Origin: Candidatus Omnitrophota bacterium
Lineage (GTDB): Bacteria > Omnitrophota > Gorgyraeia > Gygaellales > Profunditerraquicolaceae
Length of the DNA: 64,000 nt
Reading direction: 5' to 3'
Assembly (NCBI GenBank): GCA_041661605.1
Contig: JBAZUE010000001.1
Span: 798,928 to 862,927 of the forward strand
In this document: positions 34,209 through 43,725 of the stretch, piece by piece
Position numbering within the stretch: position 1 is the first letter of the stretch
Layout: the number at the start of each line of letters is the position of its first letter
Notes under the pieces: model-generated
What the model was told of the DNA's origin: nothing
Seen by the model: only the letters and a program-made list of their open reading frames with translations
The model's database searches: none
Position numbers and translations under genes: made by a program

Positions 34209-34236
34209 TTGCAATTCGCGATATTTAGCTTATAAT
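34209..34236 (+). promoter_or_regulatory. sigma70-like promoter of the ppiD-like gene
   Basis: TTGCAA-N16-TATAAT, with AGGAGG 7 nt before the ATG at 34259. Confidence 0.6.
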
Positions 34237-34258
34237 TAATGCTTAATAGGAGGAATAA

Positions 34259-35647
34259 ATGTTAAAAATTTTACGCAACAAAAAAACCGCAAAGAAAGTT
34301 TGGATAGGCCTGGCCATAATCATCATCCCTGCCTTTACCCTCTGGGGTTTTGGCAGTTCAAGCCGCAGCAAGGAAGAGAGTGCTTCTGCCGGCAAGATAT
34401 TCGGTAAAAACGTATCCAATCTGGAATTTAAAAAAGCCATAGCTGCCACAAGAACATCCGCTATCATGCAGTTCGGGGATGACTTTCCAAAAATTGAGAA
34501 ATACCTGAATTTAGAGGGACAGGCCTGGGAAAGGTTGATACTCTTGCAGGAGGCAAAAAAGCGCAAGATAAACATAAGCGACCAGGAGGTTATTAATACA
34601 ATCCAGAAAATGCCTTATTTCCAAAAGAAATCCTCCTTTGACAATAAGACCTACGTAGAAATCCTGCGGTATGTCTTTCGCCTGCAGCCGCGTACCTTTG
34701 AGGAACAACTGCGTCAAAACCTTATCCTGGCTAAACTTTACAGCCAGGTTACCGATGGAGTAAAGATAGAAGACAGCCAAATACGCCAGGAATGGCTGAA
34801 AAGCAATGAAGAACTGAGCATTTACTACATTGCCGCCTTATTTGCTGAATTTGCCAAGAAAATTAAGCCGGAGGATAAAGAAATCTCTGCCTATTATGAC
34901 AAAAACAAAGATATCTTTAAAGAACCTCCCAGCCTGAACCTGGAGTATATTCTTACCGAATCAGATACAGAATCAAAAAAGATTACGGATTTAATAAACA
35001 AAAAATACGACTTAGAGAAAATATCCAAAGAACTTAATCTGGCTAAGAAGGAAACCGGGTTATTTAAACAATACGCTCCTCCCCCTGTCTTGAAAATACC
35101 GCAGGAAACTTTAAACTTAGTCTTAAGCCTTAAAGAAGGGCTGCCAGCCCCTGTGGTCAAGGTAGATAAAACATACTATGTTTATGCCCTTAAAGAAAAT
35201 AAACCGGCAGAAATCCCTGGATTAGCGGAGGTAAAAGACAAGATCAAGGAAATTATAATAGATGAAGAATCAAAAAAGATCGCCCAGGCCAAAATAAAAG
35301 AATGCGCTGATAAGCTAAAGAATGAACCGTTTAACCGGGTAGCCAGTGCCAGCGCATATGGCTTTAAGACCGGTCAGACTAAATTCTTCAAGTCCGGCGA
35401 CCAGTTGGATATCCTTGGCCAGGGTAAGATCTTTTGGGAAAATGCCAAGAAATTAAAGGAAACCCAGCTAAGTGACATATTTTCCAATTCCAATGGATAC
35501 TATATTATCAAACTCAAAGCTAATAAACCTGTGGATGAGGAAAAATTCGCCAAGGAAAAGAAGGAATTTGGCGATAATATGTTATCTGGAGAGAAAAATA
35601 AGGTTTTTGGCAAATTTACTGATGAGATGAAGAAAAAAGCGCAATAA
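34259..35647 (+). CDS. periplasmic chaperone / peptidyl-prolyl isomerase, PpiD/SurA-like
   Basis: 462 aa. The N-terminal anchor MLKILRNKKTAKKVWIGLAIIIIPAFTLWG is typical of PpiD, followed by a SurA-N-like region. Confidence 0.6.
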   Translation: MLKILRNKKTAKKVWIGLAIIIIPAFTLWGFGSSSRSKEESASAGKIFGKNVSNLEFKKAIAATRTSAIMQFGDDFPKIEKYLNLEGQAWERLILLQEAKKRKINISDQEVINTIQKMPYFQKKSSFDNKTYVEILRYVFRLQPRTFEEQLRQNLILAKLYSQVTDGVKIEDSQIRQEWLKSNEELSIYYIAALFAEFAKKIKPEDKEISAYYDKNKDIFKEPPSLNLEYILTESDTESKKITDLINKKYDLEKISKELNLAKKETGLFKQYAPPPVLKIPQETLNLVLSLKEGLPAPVVKVDKTYYVYALKENKPAEIPGLAEVKDKIKEIIIDEESKKIAQAKIKECADKLKNEPFNRVASASAYGFKTGQTKFFKSGDQLDILGQGKIFWENAKKLKETQLSDIFSNSNGYYIIKLKANKPVDEEKFAKEKKEFGDNMLSGEKNKVFGKFTDEMKKKAQ

Positions 35648-35690
35648 GAAAAAAGGACGCATCTATTATTCTTAGATGCGTCCTTTTTTA
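35648..35690. terminator. bidirectional intrinsic terminator between the convergent ppiD-like and ferredoxin genes
   Basis: aaaaaaggacgcatcta-ttattct-tagatgcgtcctttttt: a 12-bp stem flanked by an A-run and a T-run. Confidence 0.8.
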
Positions 35691-35697
35691 ATGCTTA

Positions 35698-35883
35698 TTA
35701 AGCGCTTATCTTTATTGAATTTACCGGACAAGAATCCGCTATTTCCTGCAGATTACAAGTTGCACATACTTGCGCCTTTACATGGGCAACACCATCACCC
35801 TGGACCTCAAAAACTTCCGGGCAAGACTGTTCGCACAACCCGCAACCTACGCATGTAGAAGCATCAACCGTAACTTTTGACAT
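35698..35883 (-). CDS. small 4Fe-4S (or 3Fe-4S) ferredoxin
   Basis: 61 aa. CVGCGLCEQSCP plus a distal C..C......CP. Confidence 0.8.
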   Translation of the reverse strand: MSKVTVDASTCVGCGLCEQSCPEVFEVQGDGVAHVKAQVCATCNLQEIADSCPVNSIKISA

Positions 35884-35895
35884 ATTTTTCTCCTA

Positions 35896-36375
35896 TTATC
35901 TTTCCAAAAGATTTTCAAACATCTCTTCGTGACTTACTTCTTCCGACAATATATGTGAAACTAATTGATATGTAACATTATCCTTGCCAAACGTCTTCTT
36001 GGCAATTTTATTATATACCTCAATTGCTCCTGCCTCTGCCTCAGCAACAATACGGATAATCCGGTTAATATCAGCGGTGTTCCTCGGAGGCATAAGATAA
36101 GCGGCATTAGCCCCTTTTTCCAAATCCATAGGGTTAGCTACCGGAACGTCTCCCAATTTAGTAATCAAATCCGCTAATTCACCCGCATGTTCTAACTCAT
36201 CTTTGGCTATTTTCTCGAGCATCTCTTTCATATCTTCATAGGCCCTGCCGGAAACTGTCTGTGCCATATACCAATAAAGATAAAACGCCAGCCATTCATC
36301 ACAGTAAGCCTTATTCAAATCTTTCACTAAATCCTTCAAGCTTAAATCTACAATCGCCCTTGCTTGCTTTCCCAT
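35896..36375 (-). CDS. ferritin-like / bacterioferritin-Dps-like di-iron protein
   Basis: 159 aa four-helix-bundle pattern with E..H pairs (DELEHAGEL, SEEVSHEEM). Confidence 0.6.
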   Translation of the reverse strand: MGKQARAIVDLSLKDLVKDLNKAYCDEWLAFYLYWYMAQTVSGRAYEDMKEMLEKIAKDELEHAGELADLITKLGDVPVANPMDLEKGANAAYLMPPRNTADINRIIRIVAEAEAGAIEVYNKIAKKTFGKDNVTYQLVSHILSEEVSHEEMFENLLER

Positions 36376-36434
36376 AGTGACCCTCCTTGTCTACCTAGAC
36401 AACACTCGCGCAAATCCAATTAGCGCGGGGTGCC

Positions 36435-37319
36435 TCACCCTTGCGCCTCTAACTTCAAACCATACTTCTTTATATTATTATCCGCAATATCCTGGACCTT
36501 CCTGATTTCACCGGGATTATTAAGGAGATGTTTAAACCTTCCCTGCATCTTTAAATATTCCTCTACAGGCTTAGGAACAATTTGTTTGCGTCCTGACAAT
36601 ACCCCGAACTCATATTCAAACAAAGGGTAAAGCCCGGTCTCTACTGCCATTTTTGCTACGGGCAGCATCTGATTTGACTCATGACGCCAGCCTAAAGGAC
36701 AAGGCACATGCACCTGGATATATTTAGGCCCCTTGATAGAGATAGCTTTCTTTACTTTACGTGTCAAATCCTGAGGAAATCCTGTTGAAGCTGTAGCCAC
36801 ATAAGGAATTCCATGCGCCGCGCAAATCTCCGGCACAGGTTTTTTTGGCCGCAAATTACCTGAAGAAAGTCCGCCGGCAGGGCTGGTAGTAGTATTTGTA
36901 TCAAACGGAGTAAGACCGCTTCTCTGCACGCCGGTATTCATATAAGCTTCATTATCATAACAAACATACAAAATATCATGGCCGCGCTCAAGCATACCGC
37001 TTATAGCCTGCAAACCAATGTCCCCGGTTGAACCATCCCCGCCCTGCGCGATAACATTAATATTATCTTTCTTGCCTAAATATATCAATGCCGCCTCAAT
37101 ACCTGAAGCAACGGCAGCGGAATTCTCAAATAAAGAGTGGATCCAGGGAACACCCCAGGCGGTTTCCGGGTATTTAGTGGTAAAAACTTCCAAGCAACCG
37201 GTACTGTTGGCGATAATCGTATTGGCTCCGGATGCCTCAATGACTAAGCGGGCGGCAACTGCCTGGCCGCAGCCAGCGCAAGCGGTATGTCCGGGTTTAA
37301 ATAAAGGGCTATTCTCCAT
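36435..37319 (-). CDS. porB: pyruvate:ferredoxin oxidoreductase beta subunit (TPP-binding)
   Basis: 294 aa. N-terminal CAGCG and the TPP motif GGDGSTGDIG...NEAYMNTG. Confidence 0.9.
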   Translation of the reverse strand: MENSPLFKPGHTACAGCGQAVAARLVIEASGANTIIANSTGCLEVFTTKYPETAWGVPWIHSLFENSAAVASGIEAALIYLGKKDNINVIAQGGDGSTGDIGLQAISGMLERGHDILYVCYDNEAYMNTGVQRSGLTPFDTNTTTSPAGGLSSGNLRPKKPVPEICAAHGIPYVATASTGFPQDLTRKVKKAISIKGPKYIQVHVPCPLGWRHESNQMLPVAKMAVETGLYPLFEYEFGVLSGRKQIVPKPVEEYLKMQGRFKHLLNNPGEIRKVQDIADNNIKKYGLKLEAQG

Positions 37320-38496
37320 ATTCTTCCTTAAGTAACTCTGGCTTTAAATCTACAAAATCAAAATTAACTTCCTTGGCGCTCAACCTTCTGAATACTTCAT
37401 GTATAGTTTCCATGGTAATATCTCTTCCGCCCAGGCCGCCGACAAAACTGCTGATTACCTTCGGGCCTTTCTTTTTACCGAAAAATGCCGACTTAATCTC
37501 AACCGCAACCGGCGCATAAGCGCCCAAAGAAACCGCTTTATCCAAGACCGCTACTTTAGGCACCTCTTTTAAGGCTTCATAAATACGCGCATACGGAAAC
37601 GGCCGGTAAGAGATAATCCGCAAGAGGCCCACTTTCTTGCCTTTTGCGCGCTGCTCATCCACTACCTCTTTGATCGTGCCGCAAACCGAACCCATCGCCA
37701 CGATTACCTTCTCGGCGTCTTTAACCTGATACTCTTCAACTAACAAATCTTTATAATCCCGGCCAAAGACATTATTGAACTCCTTGCTTATCTCTGATAA
37801 ATAGCTTATCGATTCCCTCATCGTTTCCTGAATAGCAAAACGAGTCTCCATATAGTAATCCGGATCAGCCAGGAGCCCTAAGCTTATAGGATCAGCCGGG
37901 TCTAATTTATATAAAGGCTTATAAACGGGTAAGAATTTATTAACTTTATCCTGCTCCGGGATATCTACTGTTTCCATACCATGGGTTAAAATAAAACCGT
38001 CCATACAAACCATTACCGGAAGCATTACGCGTTTATCTTCGCTCAAACGGTAAGCGATAAGATGGAAATCCACTGCCTCCTGATTGTCCTCCGCGTAAAT
38101 CTGAAACCACCCGGAATCACGCAAAGATATGGAGTCCTGCTGATCATTCCAGATATTTATGGGAGCGCTTATCGCGCGGTTGGCGCAGGTCATAACAATA
38201 GGCAGGCGCATGCCGGCAATATTAAAAACTACCTCCTGCATATAAAACAGCCCCTGGGAACTGGTAGCGGTGTAAACACGTACCCCGGTTGCAGAAGCGC
38301 CTAAAACTACGGAGGCTGCGGAATGCTCGCTTTCCACATTGACAAACTGCGATTTAAGCTCGCCGCTTGATACCATCTGGGCCAAATCTTCAACTATATG
38401 CGTCTGGGGTGTTATAGGATAAGCGGAAATTACCCCTGGCTGGCAGGATTTGATAATTTCGGCTATCGCATGCGATCCTTCTACGAATTCCTTCAT
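37309..38496 (-). CDS. porA: pyruvate:ferredoxin oxidoreductase alpha subunit
   Basis: 395 aa. AYPITPQT..., then SEHSAAS..GAS.TG.R..TATSSQG. Confidence 0.9.
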   Translation of the reverse strand: MKEFVEGSHAIAEIIKSCQPGVISAYPITPQTHIVEDLAQMVSSGELKSQFVNVESEHSAASVVLGASATGVRVYTATSSQGLFYMQEVVFNIAGMRLPIVMTCANRAISAPINIWNDQQDSISLRDSGWFQIYAEDNQEAVDFHLIAYRLSEDKRVMLPVMVCMDGFILTHGMETVDIPEQDKVNKFLPVYKPLYKLDPADPISLGLLADPDYYMETRFAIQETMRESISYLSEISKEFNNVFGRDYKDLLVEEYQVKDAEKVIVAMGSVCGTIKEVVDEQRAKGKKVGLLRIISYRPFPYARIYEALKEVPKVAVLDKAVSLGAYAPVAVEIKSAFFGKKKGPKVISSFVGGLGGRDITMETIHEVFRRLSAKEVNFDFVDLKPELLKEEYGE

Positions 38497-38765
38497 CTGG
38501 CCTCTTCCTCTAATACCTCAGGAACCATGGTAATATCTTTTTTCGGACAGATATCCGCGCACAACCCGCAGCCTTTACAAAAAGTGTAATCTACCAAGAA
38601 AGCATTCTTCTCTTTTCCGCTTACGCAGCCTTCAGGACAGATCATCAGGCACATCTTGCAGGCAATACAATTTTTATGTAAATAATGCGGCCGGAGCAAT
38701 GTCCTCCAGCTGCCGGTTTTATCGCCTTTGCTATTTTTTGGTTTTACGGTTAACGGCCCGAACAT
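38493..38765 (-). CDS. porD: pyruvate:ferredoxin oxidoreductase delta subunit (2x[4Fe-4S])
   Basis: 90 aa. CIACKMCLMICP and CKGCGLCADICP. Confidence 0.88.
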   Translation of the reverse strand: MFGPLTVKPKNSKGDKTGSWRTLLRPHYLHKNCIACKMCLMICPEGCVSGKEKNAFLVDYTFCKGCGLCADICPKKDITMVPEVLEEEAR

Positions 38766-38768
38766 ATA

Positions 38769-39317
38769 TTATTTTATCCCCTTCTTAACGTACTCAAAAC
38801 CTTCTTTAACTGCCTTTATATTGCCTTCCTGTGCCTTGCCGCTAAAACGCTTTTTAATTACCTCAATAAGATTATCCAGTTTCAGTTCTCCGGTAGCCGC
38901 CGCAAATGCCCCGATTAAAGCGGTATTTCCCAGCGGACGGCCGATGTTTCTTAAAGCAATTTCATTAGCCGGAACCACAAAAACACTCTGCTTGGCCTTT
39001 AGTTTAGGTAATTCCAGGTCTTCTTTACCATTAATAATAGCGACTCCATCCTCCTTTAACCCGGAAAAACAGTTATACCCGCGTAAAAGCGTAGGATCAA
39101 CGATAATTACATAATCAGGTTCGTAAATTTGGCTGCGCAGGCGTACCGGATCGCTGTCTACGCGCACAAAGGCGTTCATAGGCGCCCCCATCCTGGCTGC
39201 CCCGAAATTAGGGAAAGCATAGGGGTATTTACCTTCATTAAAGTAGCTAAACCCTAATAAAGATGCGGTGGTAATTGCGCCCTGGCCTGCGCGGGCATGG
39301 ATCCTGATTTCTTTCAT
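38769..39317 (-). CDS. porG: pyruvate:ferredoxin oxidoreductase gamma subunit
   Basis: 182 aa. IRIHARAGQGAITTASLL..., with the gene order porGDAB. Confidence 0.88.
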   Translation of the reverse strand: MKEIRIHARAGQGAITTASLLGFSYFNEGKYPYAFPNFGAARMGAPMNAFVRVDSDPVRLRSQIYEPDYVIIVDPTLLRGYNCFSGLKEDGVAIINGKEDLELPKLKAKQSVFVVPANEIALRNIGRPLGNTALIGAFAAATGELKLDNLIEVIKKRFSGKAQEGNIKAVKEGFEYVKKGIK

Positions 39318-39371
39318 CTTACTCCTGGAAAAATAACCAACAAAACTCTTTTATGGAAAACGACTTTAATG

Positions 39372-39399
39372 ATTATATAGCTTAAACTGAATTTGTCAA
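39372..39399 (-). promoter_or_regulatory. consensus sigma70 promoter of the por operon
   Basis: On the minus strand TTGACA (39399-39394), a 16-nt spacer, then TATAAT (39377-39372). Confidence 0.7.
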
Positions 39400-39409
39400 A
39401 TAAATTCTT

Positions 39410-40444
39410 TTAGAGGGCTTTCCGGATAAACGCGGAGGTTTTATCAAGCAAACCAAGAATTCCTTCCGCCTGCCGCGCATCCAGGGTACCTAAACCGCAA
39501 GCAGGACTAATCATAAGCCTATCTAGGAGGAGTTCCCGGTCAATACCCTTCTTAACCAAGGTATCCAATCCGGATTTTATTCTTTGCGATAACCCTTCCG
39601 GAGTTTGACTGGAATCATATCCCTGAGTAGGAACAATCCCCCAGCAAATCACTCCCCCCCTCTTTAAGAAATTGTTCAGGTTATCCGCGTAAAGTACAAA
39701 CCTTTCCTGAAAGTCAAAAGCGTCAAAATTGATTAAACCGATACCCGCAGCCTCCATAAGCATACTCCAATCGGTATTGCCGCAGCAATGTATGCCAACC
39801 AGGCAATCCCGGCCCTTTAGGCTATCGGTCAGTTCAGAAAATACATTAATTACATCATTGCGGTCAACCGGCGTATAGGCAGAGCCCACAGAAGCCAGAT
39901 AAGGCTCATCAAAGAACATTATTACTTTCTTCCCGAATGGCTTAAAATACTCCAGCTGCCAAAGCGCTTTCATGCTTAAACCCTTAACCATTGCCTGCAT
40001 CAATACCTTATCATGTAGAATAGATTTTCCGTTTAAATCATTTATCCCGGAACAAAAAGTAAAAGGACCGGTAACCTGACATTTAATAAACTCAATCTTG
40101 GACAGATCCGCACCTTTAAGGCGCTGGTAAAAAGCATACAAGCCTCTGGCAAAATCCGGGCTTACCTTAAAATAAGGCAGATCTTCAGCGATAAACCTCT
40201 CGTAAAAAACCTCCAGCTCTTTTTCTTTATCAACAGGGGCAAAACGCAGCCCGGAAGCATCAATCTTAAGACCGGGTAAATTCTCGCTGAACTGCGCAAT
40301 CATCCCTTCGCGCATATCGCGTTTGGGAAGCTGCGGCCAAAAAGGCGCACAAGGAACATACCTCAAGATCAAATCTATCGCCTTTTGCGCCTCAAGAAAA
40401 GGAAGACTGCCAACACCCGTTGCCAGACCTTTCATATTCATCAT
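39410..40444 (-). CDS. short MetE-like (cobalamin-independent methionine synthase catalytic-domain / UROD-fold) zinc methyltransferase
   Basis: 344 aa, the length of a single MetE C-terminal domain. The putative Zn ligands are in GIHCCGN and ISPACGLG. Confidence 0.5.
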   Translation of the reverse strand: MMNMKGLATGVGSLPFLEAQKAIDLILRYVPCAPFWPQLPKRDMREGMIAQFSENLPGLKIDASGLRFAPVDKEKELEVFYERFIAEDLPYFKVSPDFARGLYAFYQRLKGADLSKIEFIKCQVTGPFTFCSGINDLNGKSILHDKVLMQAMVKGLSMKALWQLEYFKPFGKKVIMFFDEPYLASVGSAYTPVDRNDVINVFSELTDSLKGRDCLVGIHCCGNTDWSMLMEAAGIGLINFDAFDFQERFVLYADNLNNFLKRGGVICWGIVPTQGYDSSQTPEGLSQRIKSGLDTLVKKGIDRELLLDRLMISPACGLGTLDARQAEGILGLLDKTSAFIRKAL

Positions 40445-40905
40445 ACCTTTTCCCTCTTAAGGGTACCGCTGGGCCGCATCTCAACCACCTCTTCCATCTT
40501 CACTTTAAAAATCACAAATTGATCAGGTATAGCTACCTCAAAAGACTTATGCGCCTTACCCTTAGTCACTCCCTCAATAACCCTGGCAATAGATAAATTA
40601 ATCTGCTTATGCTGCAATTCTTTTATTATTTCTTTATACTCCGGGCCTGCGTCAATAATCTCCACCCTGCCGTTAATCTGGTAACCTATTAAAGTATTGC
40701 TGTCAATAAAGGAAAGCGAGGCCCGCGGGTTTACTTGAAGGTTAGTAAAAGTCCGGCCGATAATATAATCCACTAAATAAAGATAATTCCCCTCCACCTT
40801 TAATAAGAATTTAGGCGCGGCATTTGGCCTAAACTCTAAATCACAGGAGGCCATACTGATAAACTCCCTGGACTCGATAAGCTCCTTCAGGCATTTGTTG
40901 ATCAT
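40441..40905 (-). CDS. pyridoxamine-5-prime-phosphate-oxidase-like FMN-binding split-barrel protein
   Basis: 154 aa. The assignment rests on general PNPOx-family character (ISMASCDLEFRPNAAPKFLL...RASLSFID). Coupled by ATGA overlaps to both neighbouring genes. Confidence 0.45.
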   Translation of the reverse strand: MINKCLKELIESREFISMASCDLEFRPNAAPKFLLKVEGNYLYLVDYIIGRTFTNLQVNPRASLSFIDSNTLIGYQINGRVEIIDAGPEYKEIIKELQHKQINLSIARVIEGVTKGKAHKSFEVAIPDQFVIFKVKMEEVVEMRPSGTLKREKV

Positions 40906-41291
40906 GGCTTATTAGGAATGTTAAAATCCACGGTATCCGCCAAGACATTGGCAAATGCCGCGTTGAATTCATAAACCAAATTAAAATCATCCAGATAGTC
41001 TTCGTCGCTTTTGGACAAAAGTTTTTTTTCGATCATATTATAGACAATTTCTCCAAAATCCCGGGTCTGGCTTATTCCCCAATGCGATAATACTCTCTGC
41101 GAAAGAGCTCCATATTGCTCAATCGCATAATCCCGCAGGCCAAAAGCAAGCTCTTTCCCGCTGACATGTGTCTGTTTTTTAAGTTTGCCTTGCGTAAAGC
41201 TCAACCCCTGCAGCACAAACTCATAAGCATCCGACTTATACCTCTTGTCGCGCCTGCAGATCTCCTCGACCAAATCAAAGAATTTACTCAT
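40902..41291 (-). CDS. conserved hypothetical protein
   Basis: 129-aa ORF. I have a vague recollection of a small PVC-group family (Minf_1886-like) but cannot verify it. Confidence 0.4.
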   Translation of the reverse strand: MSKFFDLVEEICRRDKRYKSDAYEFVLQGLSFTQGKLKKQTHVSGKELAFGLRDYAIEQYGALSQRVLSHWGISQTRDFGEIVYNMIEKKLLSKSDEDYLDDFNLVYEFNAAFANVLADTVDFNIPNKP

Positions 41292-41590
41292 TATGGTTTA
41301 GGCAGATTCAACCCTGATATGTCTTTAAGTTTACTGGCTGCTATTTCCTGGGCGTGCTTTAAAGCCCGCTCATAAGCATCACAGATAGATTTTTCAAGAA
41401 CGGCTTTATCAAGCTCGGCAAGGTTACCGTTGATATTTACATTATTGATCTTCTGCGCGGCGTTCATGTTGATTTTTACTATCCCGTTGCTGCTTGAAAC
41501 ATCAAAATTAACCTCCTCAAGCCTGCGTTTCAACTCCTGCATCGACTTCTGCATTTCAAATACCTGCTTCATCTTATCAAACATATTCAA
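41291..41590 (-). CDS. ybaB: YbaB/EbfC nucleoid-associated protein
   Basis: 99 aa. MFDKMKQVFEMQKSMQELKRRLEE...G.VK..MN pattern. Confidence 0.8.
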   Translation of the reverse strand: MNMFDKMKQVFEMQKSMQELKRRLEEVNFDVSSSNGIVKINMNAAQKINNVNINGNLAELDKAVLEKSICDAYERALKHAQEIAASKLKDISGLNLPKP

Positions 41591-41609
41591 GTCTCCTGAT
41601 TATTTTATA

Positions 41610-42236
41610 CTAAAACCCTAAATTTTCGCCGACGATAACAACTTTTACCCTTTCAGGCTTAATCTCAGATTCAATAATTAAAACCTGACAGCACATCCTT
41701 TTATATTCCGGCTCAAGGCATATATCTTTATGACAAATGCCGCCTTCCAGACAGGCCGACTTCCAATCCAGGCGCTTACAGTTAAGCGTAGCCGCATGCT
41801 CCCTGCTGCGTTTAAGTGCCTGCTCTAAATTTGGGACGATTTTGTTTAAACCACAGACCACAATTACGTTCTCGGCATTGGCAATACCGCTGGTACGCTG
41901 GCCGTTAGCGCTAAAAAAAACCAATTCCCCTTCTTCAGAAACAGCATTACAACTGGTCAGGAAATAATCCGCGCGGCAGCCAAGATTACGCATCTGCAAA
42001 CTTTGCTCCCGGCTTATTCCCGGCTTATATTGGTTAAACACTTCATAGTCGGAAGCCTCAAGAAGCGCCACAACACCTAATTCATCCAGGGTTTTGGAAC
42101 CTGAAATACCTATTGTTGATCTTTTTAAAATAAGCTGCTTGATCCTTTTCCCGGCTTCATCTTTAGAAACTGCGTAAATACCTTCGATATTTCGGCGTTT
42201 TAAATTCGCGATTAAGCTGGCTATTCCTTTTTCCAT
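41610..42236 (-). CDS. LUD-domain (DUF162, LutB/LutC-like) protein
   Basis: 208 aa. Has GISGSKTLDELG, NAVSEEGELVF and VIVVCGLNKIVP, with a Cys-rich tail. Confidence 0.55.
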   Translation of the reverse strand: MEKGIASLIANLKRRNIEGIYAVSKDEAGKRIKQLILKRSTIGISGSKTLDELGVVALLEASDYEVFNQYKPGISREQSLQMRNLGCRADYFLTSCNAVSEEGELVFFSANGQRTSGIANAENVIVVCGLNKIVPNLEQALKRSREHAATLNCKRLDWKSACLEGGICHKDICLEPEYKRMCCQVLIIESEIKPERVKVVIVGENLGF

Positions 42237-42700
42237 TAGTTATTTAATAACAAATTCTTGTAATCCGCCGGCAGCCTGTGTTCCAGCGAAATTACCTTGC
42301 CGGATTTATTCATAAATATGTAAGTGGGGACCCCGTTAATTTCATAATTTTCCGCTGCCCGGGTATCCCTGTCTAAAAGCACCCTTATGTTAAGCGGGTG
42401 ATCTTTCAAAAACCTTACCACCTTATAACTTTCTTCTCCGACATTGACGGCAAAAACAGCTATCCCCTCTTTTTCCATTTGAGGATACATCTTATTTAAT
42501 TCTTTTAATTCTGTGCGACAATAAGGGCACCAGGTAGTCCAGAAAAATAGTATAGCCGGCTTTCCTGTAAGGCTGGAAAGATTAACCGGCTTGGACTCTA
42601 AATCATTTAATATAATGTCCCCGCAGAAAGCTGTATTAGCAGAACTTAAAACAAAAACTAACGCTAAAAAAAGCACCAAACTTTTTCCCCGAATACGCAT
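42236..42700 (-). CDS. TlpA-like thioredoxin-fold thiol:disulfide oxidoreductase
   Basis: I chose the start at MRIRGKSLVLFL, which gives a signal peptide. Active site is WCPYC. TAATG overlap with the ccdA stop. Confidence 0.75.
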   Translation of the reverse strand: MRIRGKSLVLFLALVFVLSSANTAFCGDIILNDLESKPVNLSSLTGKPAILFFWTTWCPYCRTELKELNKMYPQMEKEGIAVFAVNVGEESYKVVRFLKDHPLNIRVLLDRDTRAAENYEINGVPTYIFMNKSGKVISLEHRLPADYKNLLLNN

Positions 42701-43371
42701 TAGAATCTCCTTATCGCTGTATAAATAAAATATGCACCGGCCAAGATAATAATTGAAGCACAAATTCTCTTAATGACGAGCAACCACTTTCCGCTTTTAG
42801 GCAACCCGCTTATGCCGGAGCCAAAAGTTCCGATTAAAATAAAAATTAGCCCCATGCCATAAGAAAAACTAAGCAACAAGAATCCTCCATAGAATATATT
42901 TTTTGTAGTAGATAAATACGTCAAAATTGCGCCCAGAATTGGCGTAAGACAGGGTGAAATCATTAACCCGGAGATTAAACCTAATAATAAAGCCAAAAAA
43001 TAGCTTCTTTTTCTGTGAGTGGGAGGCTTTAAATTCAAAGTAAAATTAAAATTAAATAAATCAAACATAGAAAGCCCGAAAATTAGTATAATAACTCCGG
43101 ATATAAGATTAACTAAAGGGTTTATGCTGAATTCCCCAAACATTCTGCCGGTTAATACTGCCAGAATCCCCAGGGAAGAATAAGTAATGGCGATACCGGT
43201 AACATAAAATAAGCTTAATAGAAAACTTTTAATTTTAGAATTTTGCGCATTGCCGACTATGTATCCGGCGCTAATCGGAATAAGCGGATAGACGCAAGGT
43301 GTAAAGCTGGACAGTAACCCCCCTAAAAAAGCATAAATAAAATCGAATGGGCTACCGGAGAGCAGCATCAA
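42700..43371 (-). CDS. ccdA: cytochrome c biogenesis / thiol-disulfide transporter CcdA (DsbD family)
   Basis: 223 aa with six TM helices. Conserved FTPCVYPLIP and SPCLTPIL. Confidence 0.85.
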   Translation of the reverse strand: MMLLSGSPFDFIYAFLGGLLSSFTPCVYPLIPISAGYIVGNAQNSKIKSFLLSLFYVTGIAITYSSLGILAVLTGRMFGEFSINPLVNLISGVIILIFGLSMFDLFNFNFTLNLKPPTHRKRSYFLALLLGLISGLMISPCLTPILGAILTYLSTTKNIFYGGFLLLSFSYGMGLIFILIGTFGSGISGLPKSGKWLLVIKRICASIIILAGAYFIYTAIRRF

Positions 43372-43672
43372 TCCACCTCAAGTATGATTTATCCCCTGCA
43401 ATTACCGGAAGAGCGATAATCTCCGGGACTTTATAGCTGTGTAAAACCTTAACCAACTTAATAATCTTGGGAATTTTCTCTTTTTTCGATTTGATAATTA
43501 AAAGGGATTCTTTGGCCTTCTGAACCTTGCCTTCCCAGAAAAACAAAGAATCAATTTTGTCTATGATATTCACGCAGGCAGCCAGTTTCTGTTCAATTAA
43601 CCCCATAGAGATCTTTTGCGCCTCTTTTTTATTGCTTGCAGTGACAAAAATAATAGTATGCATATAAACCAA
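43352..43672 (-). CDS. cutA: divalent-cation tolerance protein CutA
   Basis: 106 aa. LAACVNI....S.F.WEGKV....E..LIIK pattern. Confidence 0.8.
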   Translation of the reverse strand: MVYMHTIIFVTASNKKEAQKISMGLIEQKLAACVNIIDKIDSLFFWEGKVQKAKESLLIIKSKKEKIPKIIKLVKVLHSYKVPEIIALPVIAGDKSYLRWIDAALR

Positions 43673-43725
43673 AATCCCTTTTTTTAAATAATCATACCAT
43701 TAATAATCAAGGCAAACAACTAAAC

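Noticed and set aside
34243-34780. Minus-strand ORFs (34243-34575, 34511-34780, 34894-35160) opposite the ppiD-like gene.
   Set aside because: They are antisense to a well-supported 462-aa ORF that has a strong promoter and RBS. They have no motifs of their own.
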